From: Cyanophora paradoxa CCMP329
Lineage: Eukaryota > Plantae > Glaucophyta
Direction of reading: 5' to 3'
DNA: 64,000 nucleotides
NCBI GenBank assembly: GCA_004431415.1
Contig: QPMI01000658.1
Coordinates: forward strand, 62,001 to 126,000
Both the position numbers and the translations under genes were made by a program. The notes beneath the pieces were generated by a model, which worked only from the letters and a program-made list of their open reading frames with translations, ran no database searches and was not told where the DNA came from. Positions 54,521-64,000 of the stretch are shown here, piece after piece (within the stretch, counting starts at the first letter, position 1; each line of letters opens with the position of its first letter).

Positions 54521-56134
54521 TTGCTCGAGCTGGTCCAGGACACTTGGGATTGCGCTCCGCCGCCTTCCCTCGACGGGCCCTTGCCCGAGACCCTGCGGCA
54601 CATGTTCCCTGCCCGGCGAGTCAGGCTGCTCGCCGCGCAGAAGGCGGACCCGCTGTGCCGCAAGCTGTTCTCCTGGCTAGAGAATGGCGTGAACGAGGCC
54701 CGCTGCACGCGCGCCTCTTGCCACACGGGCGACTGCTACCTCTGCAGTCAGGCCAAGGCGGCCTTCGTCGGATTCGCTGGGAAATTCGACGTGGACACCG
54801 ACGGCGTGCTTGTCCGCCGCCCGGTCGCGCCTCACGGCCGCTTCGTGCCCGTCCTGCCTGAGTCCTGGCAGGACCGCGTCCTGTACGCGTACCACGATGG
54901 GTGGGGCCACCGCGGCGCCTCGGTCGTCGCCCGCCGGATCCTGCTGAGGTTCTGGTGGCCGGGCATGCTCGCGGCCGTAGCCCGCTACGTGCGGAGCTGC
55001 CCCTGCTGCCAGTTCGCCAAGGCTGTGAAGCCGCGGCGAACTGCGATCGCAGTCATCGAGGCCGAGGGCCGGAATGACTTGTGGCAGGTGGACGTGTTCC
55101 ACCTCGACCCGACGCCGCGCGGCAACCGCTATTTGGTCGCCTGGGTGAACGCGTGGGACAAGTACACGCGGCTGTACCCAAAGGCCGACCTGGACGGCTG
55201 GTCCATGCTCGAGATGGGCCGAGACTTCGTCTCGAATGAGGGCGTGCCGCTGCGCCTCCTCATGGACAACGGGTCCAGCCTGAAGGGCGGCCCGTTCAAC
55301 GAGTACTTCCGGAAGCTCGGGACTCGTTTCATTTACGCCGCGGCGTACCACCATTCGACGAATGGGCTGGTAGAGCGGCTGGGAGGCGTCGTGAAGACGC
55401 TGCTCCACGCGGCGTGCCGCGCCGAGCGCGAGCCGATGCACGAGTGGGACCAGCACGTGCACGAGGTGCAGCTGGCGCTCCGCACGACCGTGCACGCGGC
55501 CACGGGCTACTCGCCCGCGCTCCTGCACCTGGGGCACGAGCTCACGCTGCCCGCGGACGTGCGCTTCGGGGTCGAAATGCTCGACACCCTTAGCTACGCC
55601 GACTACGTCGCGACCGTAGTGCGCGCCGCGAAGAGCCGCGATGACGCGGTCCGCGAGCACCGCCGCTGGTACCGCCGCCAAATGGTGCACCGGACGGGTG
55701 ACCTGCCGGACCGTCGCCGCTTCGAAGTGGGCGACAAAGTCCTGTGCTGGCTGGGCGACCGTGACAAGGGGTTGTTTAACTCCTGGGTCGGCCCGTTCAC
55801 CGTCATGGACGTGCACCCGGGCGGGTACACGTACGTCGTGCGCGGCCTGGCCCGGCCCTACGGCGCCGTGGGCGCTGTCCGCCAGAAGGCCCGCGACACC
55901 CGCGAGACGATCGTGCACATCGATTGCATGATCCCGTTCCGCATGCGCGATGCGAACGCGCCCGCGCGGCCGGCCGAGGGCGGCCGCGGGCGGCGGGTGC
56001 ACCGGGAGCCGCGGCCGCAGCGCCGGCGGCCCCGGCGGGAGCAGCATGAGGAGCTGGCTCCGAGCCGCGTCCCGGCCCCACAGGAGGCGAGGACAGAGAG
56101 CGGCCGCGCCTGCAACTGCGCAGCGCGAGAGTGA
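54521..56134 (+). CDS. Ty3/Gypsy integrase (H2C2 finger, DDE core, GPF motif)
   Basis: YHD..GHRG..CPCC; WQVD; MDNG; TNGLVER; WVGPF. Confidence 0.93.
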   Translation: MLELVQDTWDCAPPPSLDGPLPETLRHMFPARRVRLLAAQKADPLCRKLFSWLENGVNEARCTRASCHTGDCYLCSQAKAAFVGFAGKFDVDTDGVLVRRPVAPHGRFVPVLPESWQDRVLYAYHDGWGHRGASVVARRILLRFWWPGMLAAVARYVRSCPCCQFAKAVKPRRTAIAVIEAEGRNDLWQVDVFHLDPTPRGNRYLVAWVNAWDKYTRLYPKADLDGWSMLEMGRDFVSNEGVPLRLLMDNGSSLKGGPFNEYFRKLGTRFIYAAAYHHSTNGLVERLGGVVKTLLHAACRAEREPMHEWDQHVHEVQLALRTTVHAATGYSPALLHLGHELTLPADVRFGVEMLDTLSYADYVATVVRAAKSRDDAVREHRRWYRRQMVHRTGDLPDRRRFEVGDKVLCWLGDRDKGLFNSWVGPFTVMDVHPGGYTYVVRGLARPYGAVGAVRQKARDTRETIVHIDCMIPFRMRDANAPARPAEGGRGRRVHREPRPQRRRPRREQHEELAPSRVPAPQEARTESGRACNCAARE

Positions 56135-57010
56135 TGAGCTGCCCGCGGAGGGTTGAGCTGGGAAGGGCCTAGCGCCCGCCACAATCACTAAAGTCCCGGG
56201 CTAGGAAGGAGAGCCAACGGGCGGCTGACTGCCTCGAGCTATGCTCGGCTCAGTGACGGGCGGAGGCCCTACGAAGACCTGGCCGAGCTCCGGGCGCGAC
56301 TTGCGCCGGCAGAGGAGTCGGAAGGCGGCTGAGGCGCCGGATTCTGCCCCGGGCCCAGTGACAGGGATGAGCATTCCCCCTCCTTGAGATGCAAGACCTG
56401 GTGGGTACCGGGGTGCGCCGAGCACCAACGGGGTACACACAGGCGGTCGTGACGCCGGGTCCCGCCCCGGGTACGATGACTGGGGATGCACAATTCCCCC
56501 ATACAGGGCTCCACACCGGGGACGCTCGGTGGTGGACCGCCTGGAGGGCCGCGTCCCCTTAATGACGCGCGAGCACGGGTCGGGCAGGGTACCTCCCGCC
56601 GTACGATGGCGACGAGGGCACCTTGTGGGCGGCGTCTAGCCTTGCCCTGGAGTTACTAGCTCCACCGCCGTTGTGGGCTTCTCAGCCCCTAATCCGACGC
56701 CGTGGTGGACCGCGAGAGCGCGGCGCATGCCTGAGCAGTGGCGCTAGACGAGCTGCTTAGCCCTACGTTTTGGGACGGGCATTGCGCTGGGGCTACTGGG
56801 CGCTACCGCGAGCGTCACGCCCCGCGTTGCAATTGCTGTTGCAGCGTGCGCCTCTGCGGTTAACTTGCTGCGCGGCGAGGACAGGGCCTCCTCGGCTTCC
56901 TCCCTTCCGATCCGCTCGCCTCGTGCGAGTTTCCTGGGCCGCCGGCCCGAAGTTGGACCTTGCCCCCTGGCGCTCCACGCTGGAGTCGTGCCGGCACCTG
57001 CCGGGCGACA

Positions 57011-57134
57011 GTCTTTTCGATTCCCGGCAGTTGCCGGACATGGATGGGCTCGGCGTCTTTTCGATTCCCGGCAGTAGCCGGTGACGCCGAGCGTGAGTGG
57101 CTCGGAGCCTTTTTCGATTCCCGGCAGTAGCCGG
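57011..57134 (+). repeat. Three ~26-bp repeats CTTTTCGATTCCCGGCAGTWGCCGG in the retrotransposon 3' UTR
   Basis: Copies at about 57011, 57055 and 57109; each ends in a CCGGC..GCCGG hairpin. Confidence 0.85.
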
Positions 57135-57264
57135 TAGCTCCGAGCATTTGTATATAGCGGCCGGGGTCGCGTTGTATAGAGAGCTTAGGCTCGATCAAAT
57201 TCCCGGCTTCCCCGGCCCTCTTTCTGTTCGCCTTAGGGCGTAGACCCGCGCGGACGCGGGATCC

Positions 57265-57275
57265 GAGAGGAGGAG
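57265..57275 (+). other. Polypurine tract
   Basis: GAGAGGAGGAG, 1 nt before the 3' LTR. Confidence 0.85.
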
Positions 57276-57276
57276 T

Positions 57277-57559
57277 TGTCGCATCCGACATTATAGCGGA
57301 TGCTCGTTTGTGAGCCGCTAGGGTTCTAGATGATGTGCGCAGCCTTCGTGCTGCTAGATCGACGGCGCCTAGGCTAGTTAGAGCGCCGCGGTCACTTGTA
57401 TGCGTGTGTCGGGGTACGCCGTAGCTGGACGGGTACACCCTCAGTCTACCATCCCGGTGGCTAACAGCAGCAGCACTCGCCAAACCCCGCCCTGCCGAGC
57501 TTGCACTCCGCACGGGCTTCCCGCGCGCACGATTAGACACACTAATCTCGCACGCGACA
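57277..57559 (+). repeat. 3' LTR (283 bp)
   Basis: Direct repeat of 40906-41188. Confidence 0.97.
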
Positions 57560-57796
57560 ACATGTTTGATTTGCGGAGCCCCGCCCTTGCATTTATTTCC
57601 GCCGCTCGCAGCGGCTACGATCATCGGATGCGATCACACCTATACGAGAGTGCATGCAAAGAATCGCATTTCAACATAATTGCTAACACAGAAACTTGAA
57701 AGTACGCCGCACGAATTCACCAGGGGGGCAAGGGAGGGGGTACCCCCCTTGCAACTTGCCTCCTTAGTCGGCATCACTCAGTGTGACTGATATCGA

Positions 57797-58748
57797 TATC
57801 ACTTCATAATCACACACATATATATTCGAATGTACGCATACTCAAATGTACACAACAACATATGCCAGCGTATGCATTGGCCTGAAATCAAACTGAATTG
57901 CAATTAATTCAATTAATTCTAGATCTGCCGTACTGTACGTATACTACGGTCGACCATCGATCCCCGCAAATTGTGCACGAATTCGAATAAAAGAGCCGAC
58001 AACTGTCAAGTGGACGTTCTGTTCTTCTAACTGTCAACTGGACGTTCTCGAGTTCTAGATCTAGCTGTAGCTAGCGCTACATGGCAACATGTGCAGTGTC
58101 GACCTCGAGCTCGCTGTCCCTAGACTTCCTACCCCGTCTAATTTCCATCCGGCGGCCGACCCAGTTGACGTCAGAGCCCGAGCACAGGCCGCCGGCGTGC
58201 TAGTAAACCAGTTGTCATGATCATATAGCGGCCCTGATATCGATTAGCGGACCGGAGCTCGCCGAGTCGAGGTACCCGGTGCACGTGCACGTGCACGTGC
58301 ACGTGCACGTGCTCGAATTCGAAGCTCGGAACCTCGCGTCAGGCCTAGGCTGGCGATCGCGATCGCGATCGGTTCACGGTTCCAGTTTATAGTTCGGGCT
58401 CATGATCAGCGGCTGCCCTTGAGCCCTAACTAGACTGTGTAGTACAAACGCAAGTTTTTCGATCAGAGTCGAAATCACTACGTACGTATACGTGCACTAA
58501 GATAATTGCCAAAATTGATATCACTGCTCGAGCTCATAGACGGCACGATGATCACTGATCGATATCATATGCATGATATCACTTCATGGGACGCATACTC
58601 AAATGTACACAATAACATATATATATGCAAGCGTATGCATAGGCCTGAAATTGAACTGAATTGAAATAGAATCTAGATATCGATCTGCCGTACTGTGCTA
58701 CGGTGCGCATTCGATCCCCGCAATTTGCACATAAATAAAAGAGTCGTC
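57797..58748. repeat. Diverged ~190-bp direct duplication (57797-57998 / 58576-58748) with (GTGCAC)5 at 58279-58310 between
   Basis: Shared ACGCATACTCAAATGTACACAA, GGCCTGAAAT..AACTGAATTG, GATCTGCCGTACTGT and AATAAAAGAG. Confidence 0.75.
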
Positions 58749-59021
58749 CATTGGCCATGGACGCTCAAGATCTCGCGATTGAGCTCTAGCTATATGCATG
58801 CGCATGTGGCAACGCCAACTAATACATGTTCTGCTGCTTCTGCAGCGCTAGCTGGACGAGGTGGACGTCGACGCCAAGGAAAAAGCGGAAACTGAACTAA
58901 TCTGTGAAGTGGATCGACGAACACGCGTCGATGTCCAGGAAAATTTTATGCCAGCGTCCAAAAATTTAATACTTTGGATTTCACGCGGGAAATCGCGCCG
59001 GCGCCCCGTGCCCATGCTCAA

Positions 59022-62000
59022 TTAATCGTCGCCGACGGAGTTGGAGAAGTAGGAGTGGAGGTACTCGACTTCGAAGATGAAGCGCTTGGGGATCATCATG
59101 AGCATCTGCGACGTCCGGTTCGCCTCGTCCATCAGGCTCTGCACCATCGGCTTGAACAGCAGCTGCGGGGCGCCCCCACGGCAGTCAGCTTGAGCTTCAG
59201 GAACGGGCGCCCGCGCCCGGGCACGAGCCGCCCCCCGCGCACGAAGTAGAGGCCGGCGAGGAAGACGAAGGCGACGGTCATGATGACGGCCTCGATCATG
59301 AGGATCATCGCGATGTTCCCCTCCGTCTCCTGCGCCCCCGCGTCCGCGCCCCCGCGTCAGCGCTCGTTCGATCTAAACTTTAAGCTATAAGCTCTTTATC
59401 ATTAGTGTCCATTAGTTAGTCCAAGTCTTTATCATAAGTTGAATGCAGGAATTAAATGCGGACGCGCCAGAATGTAGAGGTCGATGGCGGTGCGCATGCC
59501 GCGATCGAGGAAGCGGCGCGAGATCGTCTCGATCTCCTTCAGCGACTGGCTCGTCCCGTACGTGTACTTGGCCTGCGCGGAATAAAGATCGATGAGGTTC
59601 ACTGGGCGAGTTCGACTGACTGGCGACCGACCTGCGAGGAGCAGCCCTCGATCTCGCACAGGTTGTCCTCCAGGATCTGGCGGCAGCCGTCCAGGTACCG
59701 CTCCGTCAGCGAGTTCAGGCCCGCCATGACTGCGATTCGGAGGTCAGAGGCCAAATATTATCATAGTTAGTTAGTTAGTTGGTTGGTTAGGCCGTTCTGT
59801 AATCAGCGGGGGGAGGGGGGTTACGTACACATGGCCTTCTCGCGGGGAGAGAGGTTCGAGCAGTCGCCCCCCTCCGCGAGGCACTGGCCTTCCTCGTAGT
59901 TCAGGCGGTCCTGTGGGCCCGGACGAAGTTAGAGGACGAAGAAGCTTAAGTTAAAGGGCGAGAAAGAAAGAAGGGGGGGCGGACCTGCGGGGCGTAGCGG
60001 TTGTCGCTCCCGGGGAGCCGGAGCGCCGAGTTGCCGAACTTCAGCCCGAGGTCGATCTCGCGGAACAGCTCCATGTTCGTCTGCGAGCGCGAGCGTGCAC
60101 GTCGGGCCGATAGGGTTGGGATCCGCGGCGCGCGGGCCGGGGCCATGGCCGGCGGCGAAAGGATCCGCGGCGCGCGGGGCAACCGCGGCCGGTTAGGATC
60201 TGCTGCGCGCAGCTGCACCTTGAAGCGGTTTATCATCGTCTCGCGCGACATGACGATCGACTGGTTAAGGTACAGCTCGCGCGCGAAGAACATCATCCTG
60301 CAGGCCGCGGTCAGCCCCGGCGGGGCGGGGGCCGGCGACGCGGGGGTGGGGGCGGGGGCGGCATCATCCTGCCGGCCGGGGTCGGCCGCGGCGGGAGAAG
60401 GGCGATGTAGGAGCGGAGAAATAGCCTTAAGTCAACTCTAACCGTCCCGGGCGCCATAAAGGACACCCAGTGCAAGCAAAGCCACGCGTGCCGGGCACAG
60501 CCTAGCCTTAACTCTACGTATATACCGCCACACCTAAGCCACCTTAGGCTATTTCTCCGGCCGGGGTCGGCCCCTGCGGGAGAAGGGCGATCCAGGAGCG
60601 GGGGCGATGCGCTCACTCGCGGGCGAGGGAGCGGCGGACGCCGGCCTGCATGACCTCCTGCGCGAAGGACCGCGACGACTCCTGCGGGGGCGGGGAGTCA
60701 GCCGGGCGGGTCGGGCGCAACATGCTGGGGGGCCATGGCGCGAGGAGACGGCGATTCCGCAGTATATCGCGAGTTTGAGCGAAAGCCCGACACCCTATTG
60801 CGGCCCGACACCCTAGTAGCTTGCACTCGCGTGCAAGTAGCTATAGGTATTTCCCGCCCCGTTCAAGAGAACAGCAGACGATACCACTGCGATGCGATGC
60901 CAGTCAGCCGGTGCGAGCGGCACGGGCGGGGGGAAGGCTCATAGGCGCACTGAAAAAGAAGCAGACGCCTTTGAAGTTGTCAAGGTAAAAGAGGACGCCA
61001 GGCCACGGGACGGGACGGGACGGGGCGAGAGCGGGGCGAGAGAGCGAAAGAGTCAGCAACCGGGCCACACATACGCGCCATAAACCACAGCATGGTAGCT
61101 TGGGGGAGACGGTTCGGGGAGAGCGTCAGGGTTTCGGGGAGAGGGTTCGGGGAGGGGGTACGGGGATCGGAAGGGGGTAGTGTGCTTGGGAGGGGTATCG
61201 GGGAGGGGGAGGGGTATCGCTCTGAGGAGGTGTTCGGGGAGGGGGTATTGGGAGCTTGTGTTCTTGGTATGAGTGGGAGTTAAATGACCGGCGCGTTAAT
61301 TCGATGGAACATAGAGGGTGGTAGACAGGAAAGCCGGAGTCCCACGGGCACTCTGCTGCACAAGTACGAAAGAAAGGGCGCATACCGATATTCGCTCCGC
61401 AGACCTGCGCGCGTGGGGGCCCCATCATGATCAGCCGCCGAACCGAAGCGAAACGTTCCTGATCAGATAATCACATAATCACAGCTTAAGATCAGAAGAA
61501 GAAGAAGAAGCTAAGAGTGCCATAATCAAAGCTTAAGACTAGAAGAAAGGCGAAGCCAAGAGTGCCAGGCCATGGATTCGACGTCTTAGGTTCCTGGGGC
61601 GGAGCTAAGCCAAGCGTCCCACATTCAAAGCTCAAGATCAGGAGAAGAAGAAGCTAAGAGTGTCATAATTAAAGCTTAAGATCAGAAGAAAGGACCTTAA
61701 GAGTCTCGTAAATTGAAGCTTAAGAGTCTCATAAATTAAAGCTTAAGCGATCAGCGCGGCGAAAGTGGCGCACGAGGGTGATCATGGCGAATCCAGCGAC
61801 GTACTTGAAGGTGAGGCGCCGCAGCGTCTTCGCCGCCGCGTCCGTGAATCTGCGCGCGGAGCCGGCCGACTGTGAGCGATCCAAGGCGGCCAAACCCTGC
61901 GGCACGCCCGCCCGGCCCCCCGCTCACTTCTTGTCGATCTCGTCGGCGTCGACGACGGGCGCGGCGGCGGCGGAGCCGCCCTGCTCGCTGCTCGGCGCCT

Positions 62001-64000
62001 GCTCGTCCGTGCTCGCCGCGTCCGCCCCACCCTTCTCCTCGCCGCTGGCCGAGTCGGCCGGTGCTTCCGCGCCCTTCTCGTTCTTGGCTGCGCCCCAGGC
62101 GCTCCGCTCCGCGGGGCCGCCCGAGAGGATGCGCTCGAGGATGCCGCGTTCCAGCGGCTTGAGGTCCTCCCGCGACTCGGCCCGCACCAGTTCGATGCCC
62201 TCGCCCAGCGCCGGGGAGGCGGACGGGCGGCCGGAGCGCGCATACTTGCCGGCGCGGCTGCTCGAGGTCCACGAGATGGTCGAGTCGACGTCGAAGGAGC
62301 CGGAGACGGCCGGCGCCCGCAGGCTCGAGCGCCGCGGCCGATGCGTCGGCTCGGCATCGCCGCCGAACGCGGTGACGTGCGAGGCGGCCGGGCCCCGGGC
62401 TGACGTGCCCAGGTCCATCGCCGACGGCTCCGCCTTGCGCCCGCCCAACGCGGACTCTGCCGCGGGCGGCGGTCAGGCGCGCGGCGCGCTTGGCAGCGCT
62501 CACGAAGCCGGGCGCGCGCGCGCACTCAGGGGCGGCGGCGGCGAGGAAAGGCCGAGGACGTCGAGGGGGCTGTGTGGGCTGTTCGAGCCGGCCCCGAGCT
62601 CGAGTCGACAGGCTGCTCCATCTCCTCCCGCTCGTCGTCGCTCCGGCTAAACGCGAGGACGTCGCTGACGACGTGGGGCGGCGTCGGCACATGCGTCCCC
62701 GAGTTCGAGCGGCTCGTCCCGGCGGCCACCACCGCCGCGACGTCCTCCATCGAGGCGGGCCGCAGCCGCGCCGTGAGCTTGGGCGACGCCGCGGGGGCGT
62801 CCCCACGACCGCGCCGGCGCCGGCGCCCGCCTCGCCCGCCTCGACCGCCAGGGGCGCCTTGAGCTTCATGCTGGCCGAGCGCGGGGCGACGGCGCCGCGC
62901 TTGATGCTCGCCGACTTCTGCACGCCGGCGCCGGCGCCGGCCGGCTCGCTCTCGCTGGCCGACTCGTTGCCCTTGCCGCCGCCCCCGCGCTTGCCGTGCG
63001 CGTGCTTCGGGCGCCGCTGCTCCGCCTTGTCGTGCCGCTTCTTCTCGTCGTGCGCGACGTGCGCCGCGTGCTTCGCCTCCTTCCGCTCCGCCCGCTCCTG
63101 CTTCTTCTCCGCCTTGCGCTCCTTGCGCATGCGCTTCTTCTCGGTCTCGCTGTCCTCCGTACCGTCCGTGCGCTGCGTGTGGGCCCCCTCCTCGCCCTCG
63201 GCCCCGGCCCCGGCCTCGCCCTCCCCGCCCTTGGCCGGCTGCGCATCCGCGAAATTCTCGATGCTCTTCGCGCTCCGGAACTTGACCGCCTGCGCAGGCG
63301 AAAACGGTCACCAAGTCAGTTCAGCCGGGGAACGTTAACGGTCGGTTCAGCTCAGGTGAACATGAACGCGCCTTGTCGTCCTCAGCGTCGTCGTCGGAGC
63401 TGGACTCGTCGGACTCGTCGGCGGCGCCGCCGAGCTTCTTGCGCGAGTAGTGCTTCGAGATGGCGCGGATCACGGGGCGCGGCACGTTCATCAGGATCTG
63501 CGAACTCGGCCGCGGCGCCGTCAGACGCGGCCGGCGCGAGATCGAAGAAGCGTAGCGGCGGAGGGCGGCGCAGGCGCGGGCGCAGGCGCGCACCTCGACG
63601 ATGCCCTTCTGCATCGAGTTGACCTTCTTGAACGCCGGCTGCGAGCGCGCGTGGGCATTCGCGAGGCGCCGGTCAGAGAAACGAAGGCGCAGATCGATGC
63701 AGAAATACGCACGCGGAAGACTCCGAAGATCAGGACCATGATGGCCGTGCAGAAGATCCCGAGCATGCCGCCCAGCAGGCCACCGGAGCGCTGGATGGCT
63801 AGGGGGCGAGGGGTTAGCAGGTTAGCTGGGCATAAGAACCAGCGCGCAGACCATTCGTAATCTAATCGCGCGGATGCGAGCGAAAGCGGGAAATAGCGGG
63901 AAAGGAAGCGCAAAAATGCCCCCCAGTCAGCACAAATCTCACCCGGGAATTCCGAAAATCACGATCAAGCATAAGACGGCCGCCAGAGAGATGCCGGACT
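59022..64000 (-). CDS. 3' part of a multi-exon host gene, TmcB/TmcC (tiny macrocysts)-like multipass membrane protein
   Basis: Exon peptides ILMNVPRPVIRAISKHY, AQEVMQAGVRRSLA, LKFGNSALRLPGSDNRYAPQ, MAGLNSLTERY and terminal TM + LLFKPMVQSLMDEANRTSQMLMMIPKRFIFEVEYLHSYF..* match the recalled family pattern. GT..GCAG introns; exact exon boundaries only partly resolved. Confidence 0.6.

Larger units (their letters stand above)
40906..57559 (+). mobile_element. Full-length Ty3/Gypsy LTR retrotransposon, 16,654 bp
   Basis: TG..CA LTRs, 5-bp TSD ACATG (40901-40905, 57560-57564), PBS, PPT and the domain order gag-PR-RT-RH-IN. Confidence 0.97.

Overview
GC-rich eukaryotic (protist-type, short-intron) genomic DNA dominated by three mobile elements. 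(1) 1383-30500: a complete 29.1-kb endogenous DNA virus of the Polinton-like/virophage kind. It has 247-bp TIRs, an rve integrase, a fused vOTU/pPolB/SF1-helicase/HNH replicase, an A32 packaging ATPase, a nucleocytovirus-like double-jelly-roll capsid protein, two head-to-head pentons, a patatin, an AdoMet decarboxylase and two giant phage-fibre-like proteins. Just inside its left TIR are two divergent genes with 5 and 4 spliceosomal introns that the ORF track does not resolve, whereas the core is intronless with shared AT-rich promoter motifs. (2) 32365-37266: a 5'-truncated non-LTR retrotransposon (RT-RNase H-CCHC) with a 16-bp TSD and a deleted RT core. (3) 40906-57559: a 16.65-kb Ty3/Gypsy element with apparently identical 283-bp LTRs, an ACATG TSD, about 7 kb of unexplained coding sequence between gag and protease, and a PBS shaped like the 3' end of a selenocysteine tRNA. 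The window ends in the 3' part of a spliced host TmcB/TmcC-like membrane-protein gene on the minus strand. Five breaks in four viral genes are each repaired by one extra base in a homopolymer, which points to long-read errors rather than decay. All assignments come from motif reading by eye; no searches were run.
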